Positions 1 to 10,612 are shown, numbered from the stretch's first letter. The stretch: DNA of 64,000 bases from Minisyncoccota bacterium (GCA_035495115.1 DATJGJ010000007.1:3136-67135); one strand, 5' to 3'. Program-made: numbers and translations. Notes: generated by a model from the letters alone, not told the origin.

Positions 1-554
1 CTTTTGAATGAATAGACATAATCATCAATACCAGCTTGAACTGACTGAGCCGATTTTTCATCATTTGTACGTGCTATAGAAATACCAACGACAAATTGAT
101 CATTGGCTACTGCTACTTGGTTACTAAATCTCGGAACTGTCTGCTTTAGTCGCTCAATTACCTTATCTACCCCTTCATTTCTCAGTCCTTTATTTACAAT
201 AATACTCTTTGACTGAGGCAAACGAGTCAATCTTGGCTTTGGATTGCCATCGCATGGTCGTGCAGTGACAGAACCCACTTCTTCGCCACCAAAACCGATC
301 TCAGGCAAGATCTGAGTCAATCGTCCGTTATAGTCAAAGCCCGCAGACAAAAGTACTGGTGTCTTGTACGTTATACAATCGACAGTTTTTGAAATACTAC
401 CACCACCTTTTTTGGGACTATAACCATACATCAATGATGCAACGCTGCGGGTAATGCCGAACCTACCGAGAAATTCCCCGGTCGATGTGAAGAAATCGTG
501 CACCGTCTCAGGATCAAAACGGAATAAGATAGGCTTGAGGAGATGTGTATACAT
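1..554 (-). CDS. pyrD: Dihydroorotate dehydrogenase (quinone), N-terminal part; the gene continues beyond the left edge of the window
   Basis: Minus-strand translation from the ATG at 552-554 reads MYTHLLKPILFRFDPETVHDFF...VLLSAGFDYNG...EIGFGGEEVGSVTARPCDGNPKPRLTRL, matching class-2 DHODH N-terminal motifs; the ORF is open to the window edge. Confidence 0.85.
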   Translation of the reverse strand, partial: MYTHLLKPILFRFDPETVHDFFTSTGEFLGRFGITRSVASLMYGYSPKKGGGSISKTVDCITYKTPVLLSAGFDYNGRLTQILPEIGFGGEEVGSVTARPCDGNPKPRLTRLPQSKSIIVNKGLRNEGVDKVIERLKQTVPRFSNQVAVANDQFVVGISIARTNDEKSAQSVQAGIDDYVYSFK

Positions 555-618
555 GAAAATAATATAGCATAAATCAGCATATAACCGTGATACAATGTAT
601 TGCACATAATACAAAACA

Positions 619-1230
619 ATGGATCAACTTCCGCATATTGCAACCACTATTGTTCAGTTTGGTGTCGCTCATGACTATCTGGTTTATATTTTGATTGCTA
701 TTGTTGCCTGCGCTGAAGGTCCCTGGATATCACTCATCCTCGGCGTCCTTCTCCGTCTCGGTTTTTTCTTCTTTTGGCCCATATACATCGCTCTTATGAT
801 CGGAGATCTCGTTGGGGATGTTCTCTGGTACTACATCGGTCGACGCTATGGCCACTCATTCATCGGTAAGCATGGGCATCGTTTCAATATCACCGAAGCC
901 GGCGTCGAACGTATGACTCACTTATTTCATAAATATAAACACACCGTCCTTTTCCTTTCAAAGATTTCGAATGGTCTCGGCTTTGCCATAGTTACACTCA
1001 TGACTGCGGGTATGATCAAGATCCCATTCGGACGATATATCATAGTGAATGCAGTTGGACAGCTGATCTGGACGGGGTTTTTGCTTGGTGTAGGATATTT
1101 CTTTAGTAATCTCTATATCACAGTCGATAATGTGCTCGGCAAGATCACTATTACGGTCGGTATTGTCATACTCGCCTTTTTGGGATATCGCTATTTCCAG
1201 TATTTAAAGAAAAAAGCCGACAATCTATAG
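619..1230 (+). CDS. DedA/VTT-domain family membrane protein
   Basis: 203 aa, several TM helices, DedA-like AEGP...GDLVGD...GRRYG pattern. Confidence 0.65.
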   Translation: MDQLPHIATTIVQFGVAHDYLVYILIAIVACAEGPWISLILGVLLRLGFFFFWPIYIALMIGDLVGDVLWYYIGRRYGHSFIGKHGHRFNITEAGVERMTHLFHKYKHTVLFLSKISNGLGFAIVTLMTAGMIKIPFGRYIIVNAVGQLIWTGFLLGVGYFFSNLYITVDNVLGKITITVGIVILAFLGYRYFQYLKKKADNL

Positions 1231-1240
1231 TTTTTATTTT

Positions 1241-1993
1241 ATGATTTCAATTATTATTCCCACATACAATGAAGAGCACTATATAGGTAATACTCTCGAT
1301 AATTTAAAATCACTGACTTTGCCACATGAGCTCATAGTTACTGATGACAAAAGCACTGACCGCACTGTTTCTATAGCTCAGCAATATACTGACCAGGTAC
1401 TTGTCCCTGATTTGAAACACGCGACTATCGCTGCGAATAGAAATGCTGGCGCACAAGCTGCTCACGGCGAATTCCTTGTATTCATAGACAGCAGCTGTCT
1501 CATCAATGATCCTGATTCTTTTTTTACACACGCAGTAAAGGATTTTGAATCAAAACCTGATCTCGTCGCCCTTACTGGCAACCTGAACATATACCCTGAA
1601 ACCAGAACATGGGGAGATCGATTAATGTACTTTATATTTAATACGACGCATTTTATCAAAAACAACATTCTGCATACAGGCGAAGCGCCTGGGAAATTCC
1701 AGATGATTCGTCGTGCAGCCTTCGAAAAAGTCGGCGGATTCAATGTAAATCTCGTTACCCGCGAGGACGCTGACCTTTTTTACCGTTTATCAAGGATCGG
1801 CAGGACATTTTATGATGGTCGTCTACAAGTGCTTCATAGTGGGCGCAGAGCTCACGCTATCGGCTGGATCAAACTTATGTCTATCTGGATGATAAACACT
1901 GTCTGGTTTGCTGTATTTGGCACAACTAAAACAAAAAACTGGGAACGTTGGTGGGAAAAGAAGCCTTTATCAAACAATACATCTTCTGAATAA
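1241..1993 (+). CDS. Family 2 glycosyltransferase
   Basis: N-terminus MISIIIPTYNEE...TDD...DSS is the GT2 / GT-A signature. Confidence 0.8.
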   Translation: MISIIIPTYNEEHYIGNTLDNLKSLTLPHELIVTDDKSTDRTVSIAQQYTDQVLVPDLKHATIAANRNAGAQAAHGEFLVFIDSSCLINDPDSFFTHAVKDFESKPDLVALTGNLNIYPETRTWGDRLMYFIFNTTHFIKNNILHTGEAPGKFQMIRRAAFEKVGGFNVNLVTREDADLFYRLSRIGRTFYDGRLQVLHSGRRAHAIGWIKLMSIWMINTVWFAVFGTTKTKNWERWWEKKPLSNNTSSE

Positions 1994-1994
1994 T

Positions 1995-2756
1995 ATGAAA
2001 GTTTCAGTTGTCATACCTGCTCATAATGAGGAGAGTAACATCGCTCAGACGATCGAGAAGCTTCTCGCACAAGATCATACAAACCTAGAAATTATTATTG
2101 TTGATAATGCGAGCACTGATAGAACGTCTGAAGTTGCTCGAAAATTTGAGCGTAGTGGAACGTCTTCCGGACATTCTCCCACCATCTCTGTCAAAGTAGT
2201 ACATGAGTCAAAGAAAGGACTGTTGTATGCGCGCGAACGAGGCAGACGCGAAGCTACTGGTGAAATCATAGTCAATATGGATGCTGATTGTCTCCCTGAA
2301 AGAGACCATATCTCTCGAGGCATTGCTCATTTTAAAGAAAATGCACACAAAGAACATATCGTGGCGGTAACAGGTCCATACGATTACCATGATGGTCACC
2401 CACTCTTCCGTAGCGTGTCATTGTCACTACAAAAATATATCTATCGTTTCACTAGTAATCTCCTGCAGCTTCCATTGATAAAAAAAGGTGCTGTTTTGAT
2501 CGGCGGTAACAACTTTATCCGTGCAGATATCCTTGAGAAAGCAGGCGGGTACAATGTCGCCATCACTTTCTATGGAGAAGATACCGATACTGCCAAAAGA
2601 GTCGCCCCGTATGGAAAAGTTCATTTTGACCCTCATCTTTCGATAAAAACTTCTGCGCGTCGATTCAAAGAAGAAGGTAATTTCAACATAACATTCAAGT
2701 ATCTCTATCATTTTTGGAAAACGATATTTTCTTCAGTAAAGAACAAAGTAAAATAA
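1995..2756 (+). CDS. Family 2 glycosyltransferase (second, tandem)
   Basis: MKVSVVIPAHNEESNI...VDNASTDRT...MDADC; the internal ATG at 1995 is preferred over the ORF-track start at 1908, which overlaps the upstream gene. Confidence 0.8.
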   Translation: MKVSVVIPAHNEESNIAQTIEKLLAQDHTNLEIIIVDNASTDRTSEVARKFERSGTSSGHSPTISVKVVHESKKGLLYARERGRREATGEIIVNMDADCLPERDHISRGIAHFKENAHKEHIVAVTGPYDYHDGHPLFRSVSLSLQKYIYRFTSNLLQLPLIKKGAVLIGGNNFIRADILEKAGGYNVAITFYGEDTDTAKRVAPYGKVHFDPHLSIKTSARRFKEEGNFNITFKYLYHFWKTIFSSVKNKVK

Positions 2757-2856
2757 AGTATTTGATAGTGGTCAATGCTGCAAGCCATCTTCAGCTTGCG
2801 TCTTTTTTGTTTGGTGGTATAATACTTCATGTACTTAACTATTAACTACTATAACC

Positions 2857-3294
2857 ATGTCTTTAGCCACAAAACCAAAGTCAACATCGCGTACCGCTGA
2901 TATCGCCTCATTGCTGGTATCACTCACCCGCTCTATGTACAAAACGATGCGCACCGTTGCGCCTGCATGCTCATTCCTCGAAATGAAGACGCTTACGATT
3001 GCTTATGAGCACAAAAATCCAGCCATGAAATACATTGCTGACGAGCTCGGCATATCTTCCCCTGCTGTCACTGCCATTATCGATCGCCTCGTCGAAAATA
3101 AAGACGTGGAGCGTTATGAGGATGAAGCAGACCGACGCGTGACCCGTATATCGCTCACGTCTCAAGGAAAGAAAAATTTTGAGAAAAATAGAGCGGCAAT
3201 ATACGAAGCTTTCAACGAGCGCGCATCAGCCCTCACGGAGAGTGAACAGATCGAGCTATCACGCATACTGACCAAATTACAACATAACCAATAA
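2857..3294 (+). CDS. MarR-family transcriptional regulator
   Basis: 145 aa winged-helix pattern (IADELGISSPAVTAIIDRLVENKDVERYEDEADRRVTRISLTSQGKK); first gene of an efflux operon. Confidence 0.8.
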   Translation: MSLATKPKSTSRTADIASLLVSLTRSMYKTMRTVAPACSFLEMKTLTIAYEHKNPAMKYIADELGISSPAVTAIIDRLVENKDVERYEDEADRRVTRISLTSQGKKNFEKNRAAIYEAFNERASALTESEQIELSRILTKLQHNQ

Positions 3295-3304
3295 TAATAT
3301 TTAT

Positions 3305-4846
3305 ATGAAAACCTCAGATCAAAAACTTAAATTGTGGCTCGGCATAGGTATCGGCGTTACGGCAGTTGGGGTAGCAGTCGTTACTTACGCACTTTCTCGA
3401 CATGCGCCCTCATACAGCACAGAGACAGTGACTCGTCGTAACATTACGCAGATAGTCCGCGCGAGCGGTACAGTAGTCGCAGAACAAGAATCGACGTTGT
3501 CATTCAGCACCCAAGGAAAAATCCAAGAGGTCCTCGTCCATGCGGGCGATGTGGTGCACAAAGGAGATATCCTCGCTCGCTTGGATAATGGCACCATCCA
3601 GGCTCAGCTTAGTGGCGCCATGGCCGATCTTACTGCCAGTGAGTCGCAGCTGAGCAAGCTCGAAAGCGGCGCACGACCAGAGGAGCTCGCTTTATACGAC
3701 CAAAAATACACCGATACATCTTCATCGCTCATAGTGGCCATGAACAATGCATACCTACAAGCAACGGACGCTATCATCAATAAAACTGATGCTTTGTTCA
3801 CCAATGGCAACAGCGTGAACCCAGTGATCACTGTGCGCACAGATAGCCAGATCCAAGCAACGAATATCAATATGGAGCGCATCAAGCTCCGAGATCAGTT
3901 CAATGCCCTCAAAGATACTCTCGCCCGCGCGCAGACATCCACAAGTACGATCGCTCTCGCTCGTCAAAGCACTCGAGATGTTCTCTTGGCGACTCAGCAA
4001 TTCCTTTCTGACTTGAGTGCAATAACGAACGCTCTTTCTGTCGGCAATTCTGGTCTTTCACAGGCAACGATCAACACCTATCTTTCGACTGTCAGTGCTT
4101 CTCAGCTTGAAGTTACGGGCGCGCTCAATAGTTTTACAACAGCTGATGCCGCATGGAGCAATGCAGGTGGTAGCCTCACTCTCGAAAATGCAGGTACACG
4201 CAATGAGGATGTGGCATCACAATCAGCGCTTACAGCGAAAGCTTCAGCGCAAGTCGACGCATACCGCAGCGCTTTATCGCAGACATATATACGTGCGCCG
4301 TTCGATGGAACGATCACTGACGTCAACATGAAAGTCGGCGAGGTGGTCGTACCGGGCATATCCGCAGACGAGAATATAGGCATCATCAATACCGCTTTGT
4401 TCAATGTAGAAGCATATGTGCCACAAAATACTATCGGCTCTATGAATGTCGGTAATCCTGCAACCGTAAGCTTTGACGCGTATGGTTCAAGTACACTCTT
4501 TCCTGCGCATATATATCTCGTCAGTCCTGCTGAAACGATCAAAAACGGCATAAGCTCATATAAAGTCACGTTGCGCTTTGATCAAGCAGATGAACGTATC
4601 CGTTCAGGCTTGAACGCCAACGTGCTCATCACTACAGCGACATCTACCGACGCTCTCGCTGTGCCTACGAGAGCCATCATCACTCAAGGTGACAAGAAAT
4701 ACGTTCTTGTCCAAGACAGTACAAAAAAGACCTTTACGCAGCGCGATGTTACCGTCGGCATCAGCGGATCTGACGGATACACAGAGATCATAAACGGCGT
4801 AGCTGAAGGCGATGTCGTCGCTCACTTCGGTACAGATTCGTATTAA
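3305..4846 (+). CDS. HlyD/EmrA-family periplasmic adaptor (membrane fusion protein) with an extended coiled-coil hairpin
   Basis: N-terminal TM, biotinyl/lipoyl-like GTVVAEQESTLSF...VHAGDVVHKGDILARLD, long coiled coil, beta-barrel C-terminus. Confidence 0.75.
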   Translation: MKTSDQKLKLWLGIGIGVTAVGVAVVTYALSRHAPSYSTETVTRRNITQIVRASGTVVAEQESTLSFSTQGKIQEVLVHAGDVVHKGDILARLDNGTIQAQLSGAMADLTASESQLSKLESGARPEELALYDQKYTDTSSSLIVAMNNAYLQATDAIINKTDALFTNGNSVNPVITVRTDSQIQATNINMERIKLRDQFNALKDTLARAQTSTSTIALARQSTRDVLLATQQFLSDLSAITNALSVGNSGLSQATINTYLSTVSASQLEVTGALNSFTTADAAWSNAGGSLTLENAGTRNEDVASQSALTAKASAQVDAYRSALSQTYIRAPFDGTITDVNMKVGEVVVPGISADENIGIINTALFNVEAYVPQNTIGSMNVGNPATVSFDAYGSSTLFPAHIYLVSPAETIKNGISSYKVTLRFDQADERIRSGLNANVLITTATSTDALAVPTRAIITQGDKKYVLVQDSTKKTFTQRDVTVGISGSDGYTEIINGVAEGDVVAHFGTDSY

Positions 4847-4866
4847 TTTCATCACCCTATACTATT

Positions 4867-5487
4867 ATGAAAAAACTTACTTCAAACATCTGGGTCACTA
4901 CTGGACTGCTCGCAGTCATCATTATCGGCGGCACAGCAGGAGTTGCTTTTTGGCTCACATCTATGGGACGCGTGTACACCGACAAAGCCATCGTTTCTGC
5001 TTCGATAACAAATATATCCCCTTCTGCAGCAGGCATTCTCCAGGAGGTTTACGTGAATGTAGGTGATGTCATCGGTCCTGATACTGTCGTTGCGCGCGTC
5101 GGCAATGAACTATTGAAAACAACTGCAACCAGTGTGGTGACTGATACAAACACTGCCATAGGCACCACAATCAATCCTGGTGTTCCTGTCGTCAAAGTCG
5201 TCAATCCTGATGATCTGCGCGTAGTTGCCCACATTGACGAGGATAAAGGCCTTAGTTCTATCAAGATCGGCGATCAGGCTATCTTTAGGCTTGATGCATT
5301 CGGATCAAGAACATTCCAAGGTGTAGTCGATGAGATCAGCGCAAGCGCACGCCAAGAAGACATCGTCTTCAATATTTCTGACAAACGCCAGATCAACCAG
5401 TTTGATGTGAAGATCAGATTTGATGTGACCGCATATCCTCAGATCAAAAATGGCATGTCAGCGAAGGTCTGGATATACAATAATTAA
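4867..5487 (+). CDS. Short HlyD-like adaptor protein (biotinyl-lipoyl domain, no long hairpin)
   Basis: N-terminal TM, ILQEVYVNVGDVIGPDTVVARV; lies between the adaptor and the MFS pump. Confidence 0.5.
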   Translation: MKKLTSNIWVTTGLLAVIIIGGTAGVAFWLTSMGRVYTDKAIVSASITNISPSAAGILQEVYVNVGDVIGPDTVVARVGNELLKTTATSVVTDTNTAIGTTINPGVPVVKVVNPDDLRVVAHIDEDKGLSSIKIGDQAIFRLDAFGSRTFQGVVDEISASARQEDIVFNISDKRQINQFDVKIRFDVTAYPQIKNGMSAKVWIYNN

Positions 5488-5504
5488 CACACACCCGTAC
5501 ATAT

Positions 5505-7004
5505 ATGAAAGGTAATTCCAATTTTGAGTGGCTCGTCCTCGCGACGGTCATCATAGGGACATTCCTCGGCCGTCTCGACCAGACGATCGTCAATTTGGCA
5601 TTGCCAAAAATGATCAGTGATTTTGGGGTGAGCGTCTCTACTGGTGCATGGATTGCAACAGCATACATCATCGCCAATGCGGTTTTCGTGCCTGTATGGG
5701 GCAAGCTCGGCGATAGTATCGGCAGAAAAAAAGTGTACATACTCGGCTTTTTGATATTTATCATCAGCTCAGTATTCGCGGGTCTCGCATGGAATTTTTC
5801 ATCCATGATCGTATTCCGCGTGATACAGGCGATCGCAAGCTCAGCTGACTACCCCACTGCTATGGCCATCCTTGCGGTAACATTCACTGATCCCAAGAAG
5901 CGCGCCCAAGCTCTCGGTATCTGGTCATCAGCATTCGCAGCTTCAGCAGTTCTCGGACCACTTATCGGTGGCCCATTGATCGACCTTTTCAACTGGCGTG
6001 CGGTATTCCTTCTCAATCTTCCTGTCGGACTTATCGGCCTCGCCATGGCCCTTGCATTCGTGCACGAGTCTGTATCAGAGAGAAAAGCTCGTCGTTTTGA
6101 CTGGTGGGGAGCCATCACGCTCGGCGGCGCACTGGCGACACTCGTCTTACTGCTTGATAAGGGTACAGACTGGGGATGGACATCAGGAAATAGCCTCCTT
6201 TCGTATGTACTCATAGCTATATTCTCAGCTGCATTTTATTTCATCGAACGAGGGCACGAGGACGCTATCGTTGATTTCAAGTTTTTCAAAAGCTCCACAT
6301 TCAATACTGTTATCGCTAACAACTTTATTGTATTCATGGGCATGATGGGCAGCGTTTTCCTTATCCCAATCTTTGCTCAAACATTCCTAGGCATGACTGC
6401 AACTGAAGCAGGCTATCTCTTTATACCTATGGCTGCTGGATTTATGGTCTCAGCGCCTATTGGTGGTCGTCTGATAGGTCGAGTGAAGCCGAGCTATATC
6501 ATAGCGATCAGTACTTTTGGTGCAGGAGTGGGCATATTTCTATTCTCTCTCCTGCTCGACCCGCGCTCTGGTACGCTCGATATCATCATTCCGCTTTCTA
6601 TCATGGCGTTCAGTCTCGGTTTTGGTATGGCACAGCGCACAAGCATGGTAACCAATAGTGTACCTACGCATGAAGTAGGCGTCGCATCATCTGTTCTCGC
6701 GCTGGCCCGCAATATTGCCGGCGCATTCGGTATCGCCTTGTCAGGTACTCTTATCAAAAATATCTCGACGAGCAAAGTGATCGCTATTTCACAAAATAGC
6801 ACTATCAATGCATCATCGCCCGCAGATATCAGTCAGGCTATCGGATTGATCGAACTTAAGGCGCAAGTCGCTGCGTACGCCACTGTTTTTGAAGTATCTG
6901 CTGTGATCGTGCTGATCGGAGCAGTAGCAGCACTATGGATCAAAGGAAATGCATCGGCATTTGCGCACAAAAAAACTGATGAAGCTCTCGTAATAGTCGA
7001 GTAA
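5505..7004 (+). CDS. MFS transporter, DHA2 (EmrB/QacA-like, 14-TMS) drug efflux pump
   Basis: 499 aa; N-terminal LGRLDQTIVNLALP motif and about 14 predicted TM segments. Confidence 0.85.
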   Translation: MKGNSNFEWLVLATVIIGTFLGRLDQTIVNLALPKMISDFGVSVSTGAWIATAYIIANAVFVPVWGKLGDSIGRKKVYILGFLIFIISSVFAGLAWNFSSMIVFRVIQAIASSADYPTAMAILAVTFTDPKKRAQALGIWSSAFAASAVLGPLIGGPLIDLFNWRAVFLLNLPVGLIGLAMALAFVHESVSERKARRFDWWGAITLGGALATLVLLLDKGTDWGWTSGNSLLSYVLIAIFSAAFYFIERGHEDAIVDFKFFKSSTFNTVIANNFIVFMGMMGSVFLIPIFAQTFLGMTATEAGYLFIPMAAGFMVSAPIGGRLIGRVKPSYIIAISTFGAGVGIFLFSLLLDPRSGTLDIIIPLSIMAFSLGFGMAQRTSMVTNSVPTHEVGVASSVLALARNIAGAFGIALSGTLIKNISTSKVIAISQNSTINASSPADISQAIGLIELKAQVAAYATVFEVSAVIVLIGAVAALWIKGNASAFAHKKTDEALVIVE

Positions 7005-7022
7005 GCACGCCACAGATAAACA

Positions 7023-7047
7023 TAAAGCGAACAAAAAACCGCGTAGT
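7023..7047. terminator. Bidirectional intrinsic terminator (perfect palindrome AAAAAACCGC-GTAGT-GCGGTTTTTT)
   Basis: Stem-loop flanked by an A-run and a T-run, between converging genes. Confidence 0.6.
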
Positions 7048-7078
7048 GCGGTTTTTTGTTCTAGAGTTTACTTACGAT

Positions 7079-7411
7079 TTAATTTGCTCTGAGAGCATTT
7101 GCGACAGCCTGCTTTTCAGCATCGCTCACACTTACTTTTGTACTGCTCAACTGAGCTGCAACATGATCGATCTCTTGCTGGGAAACATGGACTGGAGCCG
7201 TACGCAATATTGCGGCAACTTGTGCCCTGAGATCAGTCTCGGTAGGCGCTGCTTGCTCAAGACTATTGTTCATAGTTGACCACCAATAGAGAATGCCGAC
7301 GATAATCGCGATTGCAACAGCGATGATGGACATATTGATGAAACGATGGTGCTCCTCAGCGGTCATTGGTACTTGTGGGATTGGGTTTTGATTGAGAGAG
7401 TAAGTATTCAT
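7079..7411 (-). CDS. Hypothetical small membrane protein
   Basis: 110 aa ORF with one TM helix; no recognisable family. Confidence 0.35.
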   Translation of the reverse strand: MNTYSLNQNPIPQVPMTAEEHHRFINMSIIAVAIAIIVGILYWWSTMNNSLEQAAPTETDLRAQVAAILRTAPVHVSQQEIDHVAAQLSSTKVSVSDAEKQAVANALRAN

Positions 7412-7467
7412 GTTTTAATTATACCACAACAAACTATTGCTGAGGTTCTATTGGGGATAACCGAGAC

Positions 7468-8400
7468 TTACGGAGTGGTTGTAGAGGTAGTTGTTGCGAC
7501 TGGAGCAGGATTTGTACTTGTTGCAACAGGAGCTCTCAATCCATTCAAACTCTTTTTATTATGAGATATGACGCCTACAGCAAAACGGAGATCTTTTTCT
7601 GAAGCATTGAGTGCTTTTTGAGCAGTGACAACGTTCTGACGTGCAGCCTGAAGAGTTGCGCGTGATGAAGACGCTATGCTTGCATCACCATTATCAGGCT
7701 TCAGATTTGAAACGAGGCTTATAGCTAGTTTTGCTTGAGTTGAAGCGGTATTGATCTGAGTCAAGAAATCGCTCAGATACGATGAAGTTGATGTTGCGCT
7801 TGATGTACTCGAAGCAAGACGCGCTTGTATCTTTGCGTAAATGATATTCATTGAATCAACGATACTGAGGATACGATCTGCAGCAGCAGTAATCTGCGCC
7901 TGTGGTTCAACGAGCGCATATACACGATATGACTTGGTGATCGAACTGATATCAGAGCGAACATCTACTGTCGATGTGCCAGTTGCGATTTGGGCCTTGA
8001 GGTTCAAAAGTGCAGCGATCTCAGCCTTGAGCGAAGCCTCTAGTGACGACTGATCTGTACTGCCAATATGCTTCATCGCTTCGATACGAGCTATGAGCCT
8101 GTTCAGGCTTTCGATGCGTTGATCTATCATAAATGAGCCACGATCTTGCTGGTTGTTCAAGCGAACCTGCGTGCTGCTTGCACGGCGCTCTTCACGCTCT
8201 TCCATTCTAAACTGAGCAGAAGTTGTACCCATCATCGTTGTAGATGCAAAGCGCTGATTTGGGCGCTCTTGTTGCATCATGGCACGTGGTGGTTTGCCAG
8301 AATTATTGCCGTTCACTTGTGCCATTGCTGGGATAGCCACAAAGAGCGTAGCTATAGCAGTTACAATTGCCGTTCCTTTTACTAAATTAGTATTCTTCAT
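7468..8400 (-). CDS. Hypothetical secreted coiled-coil protein with a Thr/Ser-rich tail
   Basis: Signal-peptide-like N-terminus (AIPAMAQV), coiled-coil composition, low-complexity C-terminus. Confidence 0.45.
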   Translation of the reverse strand: MKNTNLVKGTAIVTAIATLFVAIPAMAQVNGNNSGKPPRAMMQQERPNQRFASTTMMGTTSAQFRMEEREERRASSTQVRLNNQQDRGSFMIDQRIESLNRLIARIEAMKHIGSTDQSSLEASLKAEIAALLNLKAQIATGTSTVDVRSDISSITKSYRVYALVEPQAQITAAADRILSIVDSMNIIYAKIQARLASSTSSATSTSSYLSDFLTQINTASTQAKLAISLVSNLKPDNGDASIASSSRATLQAARQNVVTAQKALNASEKDLRFAVGVISHNKKSLNGLRAPVATSTNPAPVATTTSTTTP

Positions 8401-8418
8401 AGTGTATAAATCTTATGA

Positions 8419-8700
8419 TTAATTCTTTAATGACTGGTCGATATTAGCAGTATCAGCGTTCGAGCTATTCATCTGAGTACCGACAGAATTGAGATCACTT
8501 TGCAATGCTGCATCTGACGAATCTGATGCTGATGTAGTGAGCCCTGCGTCTGTGGCTGCATAGTTGTCAGCTGAAGGGCTATTTTGCGAAGCTGGCGCTT
8601 GTACTGGCGTGCCATTGGACATGGCATACCACAACCATCCGATAATGACGACCGCGATCAAGATAACGAGCAAAACTATTGTTTTTAAATGGCTAGACAT
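8419..8700 (-). CDS. Hypothetical small membrane protein with a low-complexity tail
   Basis: 93 aa, one TM helix, S/N/D/A-rich tail. Confidence 0.35.
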   Translation of the reverse strand: MSSHLKTIVLLVILIAVVIIGWLWYAMSNGTPVQAPASQNSPSADNYAATDAGLTTSASDSSDAALQSDLNSVGTQMNSSNADTANIDQSLKN

Positions 8701-8781
8701 ATGTTTGTATGATTAATAAACTAAAACATTCAGAACTATATTCTACCACGTTACTACGAACACGGAAGGCGCTTTGGTGCC

Positions 8782-10590
8782 CTACGCGTGCAAACCAATC
8801 TGTAGCTCGTACAATCGGCGATATTCACCGCCATCAATCTTGAGCAATTCATCGTGTTTTCCTGACTCGATAATCTTACCCTCCTTGAAAACGAGGATCT
8901 TATGGGCTTTTCGGACAGTACTGAGTCTATGAGCGATGATAAAGGTCGTCTTACCTGTCATAAGTTTGTCGAGCGATTCCGTGATGATCTTTTCTGTGCC
9001 TGCATCGAGAGCTGAAGTCGGTTCATCGAGGACAAGTATCTTTGGGTTACGCAAAATAGCACGAGCGATAGCAATGCGTTGTTTTTGTCCAACGGAAAGC
9101 TTGATGCCGCGCTCGCCGACGAGCTGCTTCCACTGTTCAGGGAATTTTTGGATAAAGTCGAGAGCATGGGCTTTGCGTGAAGCTTCCTTGATCTCTTCGT
9201 GAGTTGCCTCAAAGTTACCGTATTTGATATTCGTCTCAATCGTATCGTTAAAGAGAACGACTTCTTGCGGCACCACAGCGATTGCCTTGCGTAGCTTTCT
9301 CAAATTGAGCGTCTTTACATCATGACCATCGATAAATACATCACCGTTATTTGCAAAGTGATACGCTGAGATGAGGTCAATAAGTGTACTCTTGCCTACG
9401 CCTGATTCGCCCACAAGAGCGATAATCTCTCCTGCTTTGATGGAGAATGAAATGTCTTGAAGGACAGGTTTACCTTCATCATACTGAAATGAGACGTTCT
9501 TGAAGTCGATATCGCCACGGATGTCGATGGCTGGAGCATTTATTGGTTCATAGATCTCTATAGGTAGAGAAAGTACCTTCTCGCTTTCTTGAATTTGAAT
9601 TATTCCATTTTGGATAGTCTGCCAGTTACGAGCGATCACGATAAATGGTCCGAAAACCATTGCAGCATAGCCGTTGAATGCCAGGAGCTCACCGAGAGTC
9701 ATGGTGCCCGCATGAATGTAACCGATAGAAATTATAAAAATAACGATTTGTGTTATCAGAATAGTGATTCTTTGGTACAGGCTTAAATTACCCCAAACTA
9801 TCGTTTGCTTCATCCACATTGGAACTGCCTCCATAAAATCTTTTGCCATCTTCTTTCCTTCATACTCCTCAGATGTTGCCTGCTTAATTGCAATTGAATT
9901 TACCATTGCATCATATGAATCTCCCCATACTCTCGAAAGGTGTTTGTTGTACACCTTTTGCAATCCAGCAAGAGGTTTAACATTTATGAGAAGGATTACG
10001 ATATATATTAATAGACCAATGACTAGAATAGCCGCCAGCACTTTATTGACTATAAAAACAATCACAAACGCAATCACAATACTGAGAATCTGTGGTGCAA
10101 GATCAATTATCACATTGCTTATAATGCTTTCCAACGAATTCGCGGCACGATTAATGTCATTTCCAACTTGTCCTATCTTATTTTTTTTATGAAAAGAAAC
10201 CGGGAGATTTAATAAGTATGCAAATCCTTGTGCTATGTAATCTAGCCAGATTGTATTTGAAACATACTGACTGAGAATACTTATTCGCCAGTCAATAACG
10301 TACGTGATCGATTGGACTATGCACCACAGAATAAGCAAACCGACGTATAGAGGTACACTGTACCCAAATATATCCACAGAACCAGTGTTTATGATTGAAT
10401 CAAAAAAACGTCCTGAGATATAAGGCATAAGCCCATTACCGATAGCTGAAAGGATACCGATCACGCTCAAGATAATGATAGTTATGCGATGTTGTCGTGT
10501 ATATCTTAAAAGAACGTTAAAACCCACACGCAGGCCTTCCCTCGTTACTTTTTTCTCCTTTTCTTTTTTATCGTCTTGTTCTGTATCCAT
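8782..10590 (-). CDS. ABC transporter, fused permease and ATP-binding protein (exporter type, MsbA-like)
   Basis: N-terminal six-TM domain; Walker A GESGVGKST, ABC signature LSVGQKQR, Walker B ILVLDEPTSALD. Confidence 0.85.
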   Translation of the reverse strand: MDTEQDDKKEKEKKVTREGLRVGFNVLLRYTRQHRITIIILSVIGILSAIGNGLMPYISGRFFDSIINTGSVDIFGYSVPLYVGLLILWCIVQSITYVIDWRISILSQYVSNTIWLDYIAQGFAYLLNLPVSFHKKNKIGQVGNDINRAANSLESIISNVIIDLAPQILSIVIAFVIVFIVNKVLAAILVIGLLIYIVILLINVKPLAGLQKVYNKHLSRVWGDSYDAMVNSIAIKQATSEEYEGKKMAKDFMEAVPMWMKQTIVWGNLSLYQRITILITQIVIFIISIGYIHAGTMTLGELLAFNGYAAMVFGPFIVIARNWQTIQNGIIQIQESEKVLSLPIEIYEPINAPAIDIRGDIDFKNVSFQYDEGKPVLQDISFSIKAGEIIALVGESGVGKSTLIDLISAYHFANNGDVFIDGHDVKTLNLRKLRKAIAVVPQEVVLFNDTIETNIKYGNFEATHEEIKEASRKAHALDFIQKFPEQWKQLVGERGIKLSVGQKQRIAIARAILRNPKILVLDEPTSALDAGTEKIITESLDKLMTGKTTFIIAHRLSTVRKAHKILVFKEGKIIESGKHDELLKIDGGEYRRLYELQIGLHA

Positions 10591-10612
10591 AAGTACTACA
10601 TCTTATCACTAA

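Noticed and set aside
1908-1994. ORF-track start at 1908 for the second glycosyltransferase (overlapping the first)
   Set aside because: The N-terminal extension overlaps the upstream GT2 gene in another frame; the canonical GT2 N-terminus begins at the ATG at 1995
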